Source: Kiritimatiellia bacterium
GTDB lineage: Bacteria > Verrucomicrobiota > Kiritimatiellia > CAIQIC01 > Lenti-01
Length of the DNA stretch: 40,816 nt
Direction of reading: 5' to 3'
Assembly (NCBI GenBank): GCA_034005635.1
Contig: JAVEUJ010000002.1
Span: forward strand, 1-40,816
Shown piece by piece: positions 24,738 to 34,180 of this stretch (position 1 is its first letter; every line of letters begins with the position of its first letter). The notes below the pieces were generated by a model. That model saw only the letters and a list, made by a program, of their open reading frames with translations, was not told the DNA's origin and searched no databases. A program made the position numbers and the translations under genes.

Positions 24738-24779
24738 TTCAATATTCAATATTCAACAAGGAATGTTCAATGTTCAAGG
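24738..24779. repeat. Six in-phase heptamers TTCAATA TTCAATA TTCAACA AGGAATG TTCAATG TTCAAGG
   Basis: Read directly. Starts 4 nt after the hoxH stop. Confidence 0.85.
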
Positions 24780-24823
24780 GAGAGATGGGGTGGGGCGGGG
24801 CCGGGGTTCCGCGTCCTCCTCAA

Positions 24824-24897
24824 CCTGATTCACTCGTGGCACAAGGCCACGGGGGTCTAAGCGGACCTGATTCACTGGTGACGCAAGGCCGCGGGGG
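24824..24897. repeat. Tandem direct repeat, period 42 nt (two 32-nt cores, 28/32 identical)
   Basis: CCTGATTCACTCGTGGCACAAGGCCACGGGGG (24824-24855) and CCTGATTCACTGGTGACGCAAGGCCGCGGGGG (24866-24897). The first copy contains the hairpin CGTGGC-acaag-GCCACG. Confidence 0.85.
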
Positions 24898-24898
24898 G

Positions 24899-25402
24899 GT
24901 GGGGCGTTCGCTGTTGATCTACGGTTACGGCAATCCGGGGCGGCAGGATGACGGGGTGGGGGTTGTGCTGGTCGAGCAGATCGAAGCATGGGCGAAGGTT
25001 GAGGGGATTACGGGGCTTGTGTTCGATACGAATTATCAGTTGAATGCAGAGGATGCGCTGGCGGTGGCGGAGGCTGCGGCGGTGGTATTTGTGGATGCGA
25101 TCTACTATGGCTGCTCCCCGTTTGAGTTCAAGCGATTGAAACCCCATTCGGAGATTTCGTTTTCGACACACGCGATGGCACCGGAAAGTATTTTGGCGCT
25201 GGCGGAGGAGTTGTACGGCAGGTGTCCCCCGGCGTGGCTGATGGGGATTTGTGGGCAGGAATGGGAGCCCAATGGCCCGTTGTCGGCTCCGGCGCGGGCG
25301 AATTTGGCGGCGGCAGGGGCCTGGTTTAAGGACTGGATTCGAGCTTATCCAGCAGCGCAGAAAGCTGAAATTCAAAGTGGGCACACAAAAAAAGACAAAT
25401 AA
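24899..25402 (+). CDS. hoxW: Hydrogenase maturation endopeptidase HoxW
   Basis: ORF track 24770..25402. The conserved core begins at LLIYGYGNPGRQDDGVGV (GxGNxxxxDDGxG). A GTG at 24899 gives 167 aa, typical of this family. The ATG at 24770 lies inside the heptamer array and would add 43 aa that are translated repeats. Start is uncertain. Confidence 0.8.
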   Translation: MGRSLLIYGYGNPGRQDDGVGVVLVEQIEAWAKVEGITGLVFDTNYQLNAEDALAVAEAAAVVFVDAIYYGCSPFEFKRLKPHSEISFSTHAMAPESILALAEELYGRCPPAWLMGICGQEWEPNGPLSAPARANLAAAGAWFKDWIRAYPAAQKAEIQSGHTKKDK

Positions 25403-25415
25403 AAGTGAATAACAG

Positions 25416-25443
25416 TTGACAGGGGGAGGGGAACCCGTAAGAT
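25416..25443 (+). promoter_or_regulatory. Candidate sigma70-type promoter (TTGACA-16 nt-TAAGAT) upstream of tRNA-Thr/tuf
   Basis: TTGACA at 25416-25421 and TAAGAT at 25438-25443. Based on sequence match only. Confidence 0.35.
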
Positions 25444-25608
25444 ACGCCGCGACATTCAGGACTGCCGGTAAGCGGTTGTGAGTGGAAAACATAGCGTCTG
25501 ACACAGGATTTAGCGCTTTCCGAGCCTCTACGGGAAACCCTAAGAAGCGGTTGCGTTTTGTCTTGTGCCCGTTTGTCCAACCGGGCGGCGGGAGGAGCGC
25601 GAGAGCGT

Positions 25609-25684
25609 GCCTGTGTAGCTCAGTTGGCAGAGCACGTCCTTGGTAAGGACGAGGTCAGCGGTTCGATCCCGCTCGCAGGCTCCA
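25609..25684 (+). tRNA. tRNA-Thr (anticodon GGU), CCA encoded
   Basis: GCCTGTG TA GCTC AGTTGGCA GAGC A CGTCC TTGGTAA GGACG AGGTC AGCGG TTCGATC CCGCT CGCAGGC T CCA. A tRNA-Thr immediately upstream of tuf is a common arrangement. Confidence 0.9.
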
Positions 25685-25769
25685 GTATGTGTAGAATGAT
25701 GTTAGAAGACGGAAGCGCGCTGGTAGCGGCGCATAAAATTTAAAAAAGAACAACACAGGAGACGACTCC

Positions 25770-26978
25770 ATGGCTAAGGATAAATTCGAACGCACCAAGC
25801 CCCACGTAAACGTTGGCACAATCGGCCACGTTGACCACGGGAAGACGTCGCTAACTGCAGCGATCACCTACATCCAGAGCTTGAAGGGCCTGGCGAACTA
25901 CATCAGCTACGATGAAGTGGCAAAAGCCTCTGAGTCGCAGGGACGGCGCGACAAGACCAAAATTCTGACCATCGCGACCAGTCACGTGGAATATGAGTCG
26001 GACAAGCGCCACTATGCGCACGTCGACTGCCCGGGCCACGCGGACTACGTGAAGAACATGATCACCGGCGCGGCGCAAATGGACGGCGCGATCTTGGTGG
26101 TGAGCGCTTCCGACGGCCCGATGCCCCAGACCCGCGAGCACATTCTGCTGGCGCGTCAGGTGGGTGTGCCCTCGATCGTCGTGTTCCTTAATAAGGTGGA
26201 CACGGTGGATGATCCTGAGCTGCTGGATCTCGTCGAGATGGAAATTCGCGAGTTGCTCACGAAGTATGACTTCCCAGGCGATGACACGCCGATCATTCGC
26301 GGCAGCGCGATGAAGGCCGTGCAGGCGACCGATCCCAACAGCGAGGATGCCAAGTGCATCCAGGAGCTGATGGACGCGATCGATACATTCGTGCCGGAGC
26401 CGGTGCGACCGCTGGATCAGCCTTTCTTGATGCCCATCGAAGACGTGTTCTCGATCGAAGGCCGCGGCACCGTGGTGACCGGGCGCGTCGAGCGCGGAAT
26501 CATCAAGGTTGGCGAGGAAGTCGAGATCGTGGGTCTGCGTGACACCAAGAAGACGACCGTGACCGGCGTGGAAATGTTCCGCAAGCTGCTGGATCAGGGC
26601 CAGGCCGGTGACAACATCGGTACGCTGCTGCGCGGGCTGAAGAAGGAAGACGTGGAGCGCGGCCAAGTGATGGCCAAGCCTGGGACGATCAAGCCCTACA
26701 GCAAATTCAAGGTCAGCGTCTATGTGCTGAGCAAGGATGAAGGCGGTCGTCATACCCCGTTCTTCAAGGGCTATCGTCCGCAATTCTACTTCCGCACGAC
26801 GGATGTGACTGGCGACGTGACCCTGCCGGAAGGCGTCGAGATGGTGATGCCGGGCGACAACATCGACATGGATGTTCAGTTGATCGTGCCGATTGCCATG
26901 GAAAAGAACATGCGTTTCGCCATCCGCGAGGGCGGTCGCACGGTCGGTGCGGGCGTTGTAACGGAAATCGAAGGATAA
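25770..26978 (+). CDS. tuf: Elongation factor Tu
   Basis: 402-aa ORF. Motifs: [46 protein letters not shown] sequence upstream. Confidence 0.97.
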   Translation: MAKDKFERTKPHVNVGTIGHVDHGKTSLTAAITYIQSLKGLANYISYDEVAKASESQGRRDKTKILTIATSHVEYESDKRHYAHVDCPGHADYVKNMITGAAQMDGAILVVSASDGPMPQTREHILLARQVGVPSIVVFLNKVDTVDDPELLDLVEMEIRELLTKYDFPGDDTPIIRGSAMKAVQATDPNSEDAKCIQELMDAIDTFVPEPVRPLDQPFLMPIEDVFSIEGRGTVVTGRVERGIIKVGEEVEIVGLRDTKKTTVTGVEMFRKLLDQGQAGDNIGTLLRGLKKEDVERGQVMAKPGTIKPYSKFKVSVYVLSKDEGGRHTPFFKGYRPQFYFRTTDVTGDVTLPEGVEMVMPGDNIDMDVQLIVPIAMEKNMRFAIREGGRTVGAGVVTEIEG

Positions 26979-27049
26979 AACCTTAGCCGGGAATACCGGA
27001 GGGCGGTGATTGCCGCCTTCCGGAAAATCTCGAACGGGAGTTTAAAACC

Positions 27050-27202
27050 ATGCCCAGGGAAATCATCACGCTGACCTGCACCGATTGCAAGTCGCGCAAC
27101 TACGTGAACAGTCGGAACAAGAAGACCAAGACGGACCGTCTTGAGTTGAAGAAATATTGTCCGGCGGAGCGGAAGCATACGCTGCACCGCGAAACCAAGT
27201 AG
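27050..27202 (+). CDS. rpmG: 50S ribosomal protein L33
   Basis: My own translation, too short for the ORF track: [50 protein letters not shown] (50 aa). It has the L33 pattern and sits in the conserved position between tuf and tRNA-Trp/secE. Confidence 0.9.
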   Translation: MPREIITLTCTDCKSRNYVNSRNKKTKTDRLELKKYCPAERKHTLHRETK

Positions 27203-27231
27203 GCAGACGATTCCACCGGCATATAGCCTAC

Positions 27232-27308
27232 AGGCCAGTAGCTCAATTTGGCAGAGCACCGGTCTCCAAAACCGGTTGTTGGGGGTTCGAGTCCCTCCTG
27301 GCCTGCCA
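27232..27308 (+). tRNA. tRNA-Trp (anticodon CCA), CCA encoded
   Basis: AGGCCAG TA GCTC AATTTGGCA GAGC A CCGGT CTCCAAA ACCGG TTGTT GGGGG TTCGAGT CCCTC CTGGCCT G CCA. Confidence 0.9.
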
Positions 27309-27346
27309 CAGCAGGCGGGGCCCGGGCAACCAGAAGGCAGACAGAC

Positions 27347-27547
27347 ATGAGCAGGATAGCAGAATCGTTAGGCGGTTTACGCAGTTTCTTGGGCGAGGTG
27401 GGAACCGAGCTGAAGAAGTGCGCGTGGCCGACTCGTCCAGAACTGTTTGACTCCACCGTGGTGGTGATCCTGTCCGTGGCGATGCTGGCCGGGTTTGTGG
27501 CCGTGTGCGATGTGGTCCTGCGCCAAGTGGTGCGCTGGGTGATTTGA
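27347..27547 (+). CDS. secE: Preprotein translocase subunit SecE (short, single-TM form)
   Basis: ORF track 27248..27547 overlaps tRNA-Trp. An internal ATG at 27347 gives the 66-aa MSRIAESLGGLRSFLGEVGTELKKCAWPTRPELFDSTVVVILSVAMLAGFV.. with the conserved K..WP.R.E motif and the expected position before nusG. Confidence 0.85.
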   Translation: MSRIAESLGGLRSFLGEVGTELKKCAWPTRPELFDSTVVVILSVAMLAGFVAVCDVVLRQVVRWVI

Positions 27548-27570
27548 CGAATTTAGGGAAGACAAGCGTC

Positions 27571-28131
27571 ATGGAAAAAAAATGGTATGTGCTGCATGCC
27601 CTCTGCGGACAGGAGGGGAAGGTGCGCGAAAACATCACCCGCCGGGTCCAGATCGAAGAGATGCAGGACTACATTGGCGACGTGCTGATCCCGACGGAGA
27701 AGGTCTCCGAGGTCAAGCAGGGCAAGCGGACCACGCAGACACGCAAGTTTTTTCCGGGGTATGTGCTTATTGAAATGGCCCTGTTCGATGAATCGGAGCA
27801 GACGCGGCAGTTGATGGAGAAGCCGTGGAACTTCATTCAGGCGACGCCGGGACTGATCGGCTTTATCGGTGGCCAACGTCCGGTGGCGTTGCGCCCGGAT
27901 GAAGTGGATCAAATCCTGCAGCAAATTGAAGAAAAACAAGAGCGGGTCAAGCCCAAGGTCATTTTTGAACCGGGCGAAGCAGTGAAGATCACGGACGGCC
28001 CGTTCCTCAACTTTAGCGGAATTGTTGAAGAAGTCGATCCCGAGCGCGGGAAACTGAAGGTCTCAGTTTCGATCTTTGGGCGGACAGCGCCGGTGGAGTT
28101 GGAATATTGGCAGGTGGAAAGGGGCGACTAG
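27571..28131 (+). CDS. nusG: Transcription termination/antitermination factor NusG
   Basis: ORF track 27505..28131. Start taken at [18 protein letters not shown] (27571). A C-terminal KOW motif is present ([22 protein letters not shown]). Confidence 0.93.
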   Translation: MEKKWYVLHALCGQEGKVRENITRRVQIEEMQDYIGDVLIPTEKVSEVKQGKRTTQTRKFFPGYVLIEMALFDESEQTRQLMEKPWNFIQATPGLIGFIGGQRPVALRPDEVDQILQQIEEKQERVKPKVIFEPGEAVKITDGPFLNFSGIVEEVDPERGKLKVSVSIFGRTAPVELEYWQVERGD

Positions 28132-28147
28132 CCCCGGGTGGACGATT

Positions 28148-28570
28148 ATGGCGAAAAAAGTCACAGGTATTATTAAATTACAGATTCCGGCGGGTCAGGC
28201 CAATCCGGCGCCCCCGGTTGGTCCCGCGTTGGGGCAGCAGGGTGTCAACATCATGGCCTTCTGCAAGGAATTCAACGCAACGACCCAGAAAGATGCCGGA
28301 ATGATCATTCCGGTAATCATCACGGTCTATCAGGACAAGAGCTTCACGTTCGTGACCAAAAGCTCCCCGGCGGCGTCGCTGCTCAAAAAGGCAGCGGGGA
28401 TTGCCAAGGGCTCTGGTGTGCCGAACCGCGAAAAGGTCGGTAAGGTGACCCGCCAGCAATTGGTGGAGATTGCCAAAGTGAAGGCAAAAGATTTGAACGC
28501 GGACGACGAGGACCATGCCATTCGCATGGTGGCCGGCACCGCCCGCAGCATGGGCATTGAAGTGGAGTAG
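28148..28570 (+). CDS. rplK: 50S ribosomal protein L11
   Basis: Internal ATG at 28148: [43 protein letters not shown]. Confidence 0.95.
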   Translation: MAKKVTGIIKLQIPAGQANPAPPVGPALGQQGVNIMAFCKEFNATTQKDAGMIIPVIITVYQDKSFTFVTKSSPAASLLKKAAGIAKGSGVPNREKVGKVTRQQLVEIAKVKAKDLNADDEDHAIRMVAGTARSMGIEVE

Positions 28571-28576
28571 GGCAAC

Positions 28577-29269
28577 ATGGCGTTTCATGGTAAGACATAT
28601 AAGCAGGCAGCCTCCAAGGTGGACCGTGAGACCCTCTATACGATTGAGGGTGCGCTCCAGTTTTTGAAGGACAATCCCACGACAAAATTTGACGCCACCG
28701 CGGAGATAGCCTTCCGGCTCGGCGTAGACCCGACGAAGAGCGATCAGGCGGTTCGCGGCACCGTAACGTTGCCCCATGGCACCGGTAAAAACGTGCGCGT
28801 GCTGGTGTTCGCCAGCGGCCCCGCGGCCGATGCGGCGCGCGAAGCCGGTGCGGAACACGTTGGCTTTGAAGATCTCTTGGCCAAGGTGCAGGGTGGCTTT
28901 ACGGAATTTGACGTGGCCGTAGCCACGCCCGACGCCATGAAGGAAGTTCGCAAATTGGGTAAGGTGCTGGGGCCCCGCGGCCTGATGCCCAATCCCAAGA
29001 CTGGAACGGTCAGCGACGATACCGCTGCGGCAGTCAAGGCCTGCAAGGCGGGGCGGGTTGAATTTCGCATGGACCGTCACGGCAACGTGATGGTGCCGTT
29101 TGGCAAGATGTCGTTCGAGGCAGCGGCCCTGCGTGAAAATTGCCGTAGTGTGGTAGATGCACTGAGTGCCGCGCGGCCGCCCGCAGCCAAGGGCGTGTTT
29201 ATCAAGCGCGCCACGATCAGCTCAACCATGGGCCCCGGCCTGCGCCTGGACCCGCGCGAAATCGCCTAG
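28577..29269 (+). CDS. rplA: 50S ribosomal protein L1
   Basis: 230-aa ORF: ..KFDATAEIAFRLGVDPTKSDQAVRGTVTLPHGTGK.. Confidence 0.95.
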   Translation: MAFHGKTYKQAASKVDRETLYTIEGALQFLKDNPTTKFDATAEIAFRLGVDPTKSDQAVRGTVTLPHGTGKNVRVLVFASGPAADAAREAGAEHVGFEDLLAKVQGGFTEFDVAVATPDAMKEVRKLGKVLGPRGLMPNPKTGTVSDDTAAAVKACKAGRVEFRMDRHGNVMVPFGKMSFEAAALRENCRSVVDALSAARPPAAKGVFIKRATISSTMGPGLRLDPREIA

Positions 29270-29290
29270 GCCCCATTGGGAGAATTGCAA

Positions 29291-29809
29291 ATGAGACCGG
29301 AAAAACAAGCTATTGTAAACGAAATCCAAGAGTCGTTGGCAGAGGCGACCTATGTCATCCTGGCCGATTTTACCGGGATGGATACGGCAAAGACCGCGGC
29401 TTTGCGCCGGGCCTTGAAGGACACGCAGGCGCGATACCAGGTGGTGCCCAATCGCTTATTCCGCGTCGTGGCTGCTGAACTGGGTTACGACGGGATTGAG
29501 TCAGGCCTGAAAGGACCGACGGCATTGGTATCTGGTGCCGGCGATATGGCGGAAACCGCTAAGGTTCTGCGCGAATTTACCAAGCTTAACAAGGTGCCCG
29601 TGGTCAAGTTGAGCCGCATGGATGGCGTGCTGCTGCAGGCAGCCGAAGTCGAAACACTCGCCACGTTGCCGTCGAAGACGGTCATGCAGAGCATACTCGT
29701 CGGTACGATTGCGGCACCGATGTCGAATTTGGTTGGCGTGATGAACCAAAAACTGGCGAGCTTAGTCTACGTGCTGAAGGCAGCCGGGGACAAGAAGAAC
29801 GCCGCCTAG
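29291..29809 (+). CDS. rplJ: 50S ribosomal protein L10
   Basis: The ORF track starts at a TTG (29276). The ATG at 29291 (MRPEKQAIVNEIQE..) has a GGGAG about 8 nt upstream. Confidence 0.9.
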   Translation: MRPEKQAIVNEIQESLAEATYVILADFTGMDTAKTAALRRALKDTQARYQVVPNRLFRVVAAELGYDGIESGLKGPTALVSGAGDMAETAKVLREFTKLNKVPVVKLSRMDGVLLQAAEVETLATLPSKTVMQSILVGTIAAPMSNLVGVMNQKLASLVYVLKAAGDKKNAA

Positions 29810-29871
29810 GCCAGACGCCGGCGGCATAAGGAATCACGAATTTAAAAAACAAGGATCAGGAGATCAAACCC

Positions 29872-30267
29872 ATGAGCGATGAAGTGAAATTGGAAGGCAA
29901 GATGGCTGAGTTTGTGGACTGGATCGAGACGATTACCGTCTTGGAACTGTCGCAATTGGTGAAGGCTTTGGAAGATCGGTTGGGCGTTTCCGCCGCTGCC
30001 CCAGCGGCCGCGGCTGCCGCACCTGCTGGCGGGGGCGCTGCCGCCGCCGAAGAGCAGACCGAGTTTACGGTCGAACTGACCAACTTTGGCGCGCAGAAGA
30101 TTGCGGTCATCAAGGAAGTTCGCGCGATCACGGGCCTGGGCTTGAAGGAAGCCAAGGACTTGGTCGAGGGCGCGCCCAAGCCGGTGAAAGAAAACATTAC
30201 CAAGGACGAGGCCGAGAAAATCCAGAAGCAACTGGAAGCGGCCGGTGCTAAAGTTACCATCAAGTAG
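29872..30267 (+). CDS. rplL: 50S ribosomal protein L7/L12
   Basis: 131-aa ORF with an Ala/Gly-rich hinge and the C-terminal sequence [33 protein letters not shown] sequence upstream. Confidence 0.95.
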   Translation: MSDEVKLEGKMAEFVDWIETITVLELSQLVKALEDRLGVSAAAPAAAAAAPAGGGAAAAEEQTEFTVELTNFGAQKIAVIKEVRAITGLGLKEAKDLVEGAPKPVKENITKDEAEKIQKQLEAAGAKVTIK

Positions 30268-30293
30268 CCCCCCAACCTGTCGTGTGACGGTAG

Positions 30294-30323
30294 CCCCGGG
30301 ACGCCTTTTTGGCGGACCCGGGG
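30294..30323 (+). promoter_or_regulatory. GC-rich stem-loop in the rplL-rpoB spacer (attenuator or processing-site candidate)
   Basis: CCCCGGGACGCC-ttttt-GGCGGACCCGGGG, with no U tract directly after it. In other bacteria the rplL-rpoB spacer carries a partial terminator or RNase III site. Confidence 0.4.
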
Positions 30324-30376
30324 TGCACCCGTCTTCTGGTGTTTGAGGTTTTCACCCCTATCCCACAGGTGAACCG

Positions 30377-33300
30377 ATGGTCGAAAGAATCAATTTTGGC
30401 GAGTTGTCTGATGTCGTAGAGCTACCGGATCTGATCGAGATCCAAACGAGCTCTTACCACGAATTTCTGCAAATGGATGTGGCGCCCACAAAGCGCAAGT
30501 CCGTTGGCCTGCAGGCGGTATTTAAAGAGGTGTTCCCCATCGAAAGTTACGATGGGAAATGCCTGTTGGATTTTGTGAAATATGAAATTACCCCGCCGAA
30601 GCAAAGCGCGTTTGAATCGCTGAAAGAAAGCGAATCGTATACCGCGGCGCTGCATGTGACCTTTCGGCTCAAAAATGAGGAAGAGGTGCGCGAGGAAACC
30701 GTGTTCATGGGCGAAGTGCCTCTGATTACGGCGCAGGGCACGTTTATCATCAATGGCGCGGAACGAGTCATTGTGAGCCAGTTGCACCGCTCGCCGGGCA
30801 TTTGCTTTGAGCAGAGTGTTCATGCCAACGGCACGTTGCTGCACTCGTTCAGGATCATCCCGGACCGCGGCTCTTGGGTCGAGGTGCAGTTCGATACCTC
30901 GGACATGCTTAATATTTATCTGGACCGCAAGAAACGCCGCCGAAAATTTTTGGCCACGACCTTCTTGCGCGCCCTGGGCTACGGCAGCGATGACGAATTG
31001 CTGAAACTATTCTACACGTTTGAAACCATCAAGGTGGCGCAGGCAAAGCCTGAGCAACTTGAAAACCGTGTGGTCAAGGCCAACGTGGTGGACGCGGACA
31101 GCCAGAGCATTCTGGTGGCGAAATTTGAACCGGTAACGAAGGACCTGCTGAAGCAGCTCCACGCGGCCGGTATTGAAAAACTTGAGGTGGTAGACGTCTC
31201 GTGGGACGACGGACTGCTGCTTAAAAGCATGCGCAAAGATACCTCGGACAACACCGATGACGCATTGAAGGATATTTATCACAAGCTGCGTCCCGGCGAT
31301 CCGCCGACAACCTCCAACGCGCGCCAGTTGCTTAAGCGCCTGTTCTTTGATCCGCGCCGCTATGATCTGGGGCGTGTGGGTCGCTACAAGATTCAGCAGA
31401 AACTGAACCTGGACCCTAAGAATGAAAGCCGGACGCTGGACAAGGAAGACTTTGTCGCGGCCGTTAAGTATTTGATCGGCCTGCGTCGGGGTGAGGGGAC
31501 CATCGACGATATCGACCACTTGGGCAGTCGCCGTATTCGAACGGTGGGCGAGCTGGTCGAAAATCAGTGCCGAGTGGGGTTGGCCCGGACCGAGCGTCTG
31601 GTGCGCGAGCGCATGACCGTGTTTGATCAGCAGGCCGAGAAGTTGACTCCGCAAAAGCTGATCAACCCCAAAGCTCTGGCGGCTGTAATCCGTGACTTCT
31701 TTGGACGCAGCCAGCTCTCGCAGTTCATGGATCAAACGAATCCGCTGGCCGAGCTGACTCACAAGCGCCGCCTCAGCGCCCTAGGGCCAGGAGGCCTTAG
31801 CCGTGAGCGCGCAGGCTTTGAAGTCCGCGACGTGCATTCGTCGCACTATGGCCGTATTTGTCCCATCGAAACGCCGGAAGGGCCCAACATCGGCCTGATC
31901 TCGTCGCTGTCGATGTATGCACGCATCAATGAATTCGGATTCATCGAGACTCCGTATCGGCGCGTGATCGACAACAAGGTTACTGATCAGGTGGACTATC
32001 TGACTGCCGACCAAGAAGAAAACTATGTGATCGCTCAGGCCAATGCGCTACTGAATCCTGATGGGACCTTTACCCGTGAGACCGTAGCGGGCCGTTGGCG
32101 TGGAGAGTTCCTGGAAGTGGAAGCCACCCGGGCAAACTACATGGATATTTCACCCAAACAGGTGGTGTCCGTCGCCGCAGGCTTGATTCCATTTTTGGAG
32201 CACGATGACGCCAACCGCGCGTTAATGGGCGCCAACATGCAGCGTCAGGCGGTACCCTTGCTCAAGGCCGAGGCGCCCTATGTCGCCACCGGCATCGAAG
32301 GCCGGGTGGCGCGTGACAGTGGCGTTATGGTTCTGGCTCGTGAGGCGGGCACGGTCGCCTATGTAGCGGCCGATCGGGTGGTGGTCTCTAAGGATGGCAC
32401 CGTGCCACTAAAGAAGACCCCCCAAGATCAGTACCAGTCGTATGAATTACGCAAGTTCACTCGCTCAAATGCGGGCACGTGCATCAATCAACATCCCATC
32501 GTTAAGAAGGGACAAAAGATTAAGAAGGGCGACGTCTTAGCGGATGGCCCGCTGACCGACCGTGGCGAGCTGGCGCTGGGCCGCAATGTGCTGGCGGCGT
32601 TCATGCCCTGGTGCGGCTACAACTTCGAAGATGCTATTTTGCTCAACGAGCGTCTGGTCTCGGAAGATGTATTTACGTCGGTGCATGTGGAAGCATTCGA
32701 GTGCGGAGCCCGCGACACGAAGCTGGGTCCGGAAGAAATCACTCGCGATATCCCCAACGTCGGCGAAGAAGCCCTGAAGAATTTAGGGCTCGACGGCGTT
32801 GTCCGCATCGGGGCGGAAGTCAAGCCGGGTGACATCCTGGTCGGCAAAATTACGCCTAAGAGTGAAACTGAATTAGCTCCTGAAGAGAAGCTGCTGCGGG
32901 CCATCTTTGGCGAGAAGGCCGCCGAGGTTCGTGATACCTCCCTGACGGTGCCTAGTGGCACCTATGGGATCGTGATGGACGTGAAAACAACCTCGCGCGA
33001 CCTGCCGGCACGCACCAAAATGACCGCCAACGAACGCCGCAAACAGCAGAAGCAGATGCTCGATGACTTCGACAAGCGCGAAGCAGAGCTGACTGAAAAT
33101 CTGACCGATGCGCTCTCTAATATCCTGTTGGGTGAAAAAATTCCGCTGGATGTAGTTAATGGCGAGACAGGGGAGATCATCATCCCCGCCAACCGCAAGA
33201 TCACCAAAACACTGCTGCGCAAGCTGGCGGCGGCCTATGACGTGATTGCGATCGATCCCAGCCCGATTCAGCAGAAGATCAGCACCATCATCGGCGAATA

Positions 33301-34123
33301 CAGCTCGAAGTTTGCCCAGCTCAAGGATGACCGCGAGAACATGGCGCTGCGGCTGGAGAGCGGCGAAGATGCCGAAGCCGGCATCATCAAGCAGGTGAAG
33401 GTCTTCGTCGCCAGCAAGAAGAAGCTGAGCGTGGGTGACAAGATGTCGGGACGTCACGGTAACAAGGGTGTGGTGGCGCGCGTCTTGCCCGAAGAAGACA
33501 TGCCCTTCATGCCTGACGGAACTCCGGTGGACATTGTGCTCAACCCGCTGGGCGTGCCTTCGCGCATGAACGTGGGCCAGGTGCTTGAAACTCACTTGGG
33601 CATGGCCTGCCGGGTGCTGGGGTTGCATGCCGCCAGTCCTGTCTTTGACGGATGTCCGGAAGCTGAGATTTGGAAATTGATGAAGAAGGCCAACCTACCT
33701 GATGATGGTAAGACCGTACTGTATGATGGTCGCACCGGTGAGCCATTTGATCAGCGCGTGGTCGTCGGCGTAATGTACATGCTGAAGCTCCACCACTTGG
33801 TGAGCGACAAAATCCATGCACGCGCCGTGGGACCCTACAGCCTGGTGACCCAACAGCCGCTGGGCGGCAAGGCCCAGTACGGCGGACAGCGTTTCGGCGA
33901 GATGGAGGTGTGGGCCATGGAAGCTTATGGCGCCGCCTACGCTCTTCAGGAGCTGCTGACCGTCAAGAGCGACGATGTCGCCGGCCGCACACGCATTTAT
34001 GAGTCGATCGTCAAAGGTACCAACTCGCTTGAGGCGGGCGTGCCAGAATCGTTCAACGTGCTCATGAAGGAAATCCAAAGCCTGGCGTTGGATATCCGCG
34101 TGCAGCGCCGAGAAGAAGACTGA
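30377..34123 (+). CDS. rpoB: DNA-directed RNA polymerase beta subunit
   Basis: 1248-aa ORF. Blocks: [30 protein letters not shown] and [17 protein letters not shown]. Confidence 0.98.
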   Translation: MVERINFGELSDVVELPDLIEIQTSSYHEFLQMDVAPTKRKSVGLQAVFKEVFPIESYDGKCLLDFVKYEITPPKQSAFESLKESESYTAALHVTFRLKNEEEVREETVFMGEVPLITAQGTFIINGAERVIVSQLHRSPGICFEQSVHANGTLLHSFRIIPDRGSWVEVQFDTSDMLNIYLDRKKRRRKFLATTFLRALGYGSDDELLKLFYTFETIKVAQAKPEQLENRVVKANVVDADSQSILVAKFEPVTKDLLKQLHAAGIEKLEVVDVSWDDGLLLKSMRKDTSDNTDDALKDIYHKLRPGDPPTTSNARQLLKRLFFDPRRYDLGRVGRYKIQQKLNLDPKNESRTLDKEDFVAAVKYLIGLRRGEGTIDDIDHLGSRRIRTVGELVENQCRVGLARTERLVRERMTVFDQQAEKLTPQKLINPKALAAVIRDFFGRSQLSQFMDQTNPLAELTHKRRLSALGPGGLSRERAGFEVRDVHSSHYGRICPIETPEGPNIGLISSLSMYARINEFGFIETPYRRVIDNKVTDQVDYLTADQEENYVIAQANALLNPDGTFTRETVAGRWRGEFLEVEATRANYMDISPKQVVSVAAGLIPFLEHDDANRALMGANMQRQAVPLLKAEAPYVATGIEGRVARDSGVMVLAREAGTVAYVAADRVVVSKDGTVPLKKTPQDQYQSYELRKFTRSNAGTCINQHPIVKKGQKIKKGDVLADGPLTDRGELALGRNVLAAFMPWCGYNFEDAILLNERLVSEDVFTSVHVEAFECGARDTKLGPEEITRDIPNVGEEALKNLGLDGVVRIGAEVKPGDILVGKITPKSETELAPEEKLLRAIFGEKAAEVRDTSLTVPSGTYGIVMDVKTTSRDLPARTKMTANERRKQQKQMLDDFDKREAELTENLTDALSNILLGEKIPLDVVNGETGEIIIPANRKITKTLLRKLAAAYDVIAIDPSPIQQKISTIIGEYSSKFAQLKDDRENMALRLESGEDAEAGIIKQVKVFVASKKKLSVGDKMSGRHGNKGVVARVLPEEDMPFMPDGTPVDIVLNPLGVPSRMNVGQVLETHLGMACRVLGLHAASPVFDGCPEAEIWKLMKKANLPDDGKTVLYDGRTGEPFDQRVVVGVMYMLKLHHLVSDKIHARAVGPYSLVTQQPLGGKAQYGGQRFGEMEVWAMEAYGAAYALQELLTVKSDDVAGRTRIYESIVKGTNSLEAGVPESFNVLMKEIQSLALDIRVQRREED

Positions 34124-34180
34124 TCGCCCTGTCGTGCCTGCAACCTGCAACATGGAACTTGTGAGATAGAGGAGGCCCCA

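Noticed and set aside
26996-27023. An 11-bp GC-rich stem-loop (CCGGAGGGCGG..CCGCCTTCCGG) between tuf and rpmG as a terminator.
   Set aside because: It is followed by AAAATCT with no U tract, and rpmG follows within 27 nt. It is more likely a processing or stability element, so it is not called.
27248-27346. The N-terminal 33 residues of ORF 27248..27547, and the similar upstream extensions of ORFs 14370, 27505, 28076 and 9686.
   Set aside because: The extensions overlap tRNA-Trp or the preceding gene and are Arg/Gly-rich. Internal ATGs give N-termini matching the conserved family starts.
31690-31800. The rpoB rifampicin-resistance-determining region (..[30 protein letters not shown]..).
   Set aside because: The Asp, His and Ser positions corresponding to E. 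coli 516, 526 and 531 are unchanged. Only conservative lineage-type differences are present (for example N to T in DQTNP). No resistance call can be justified.
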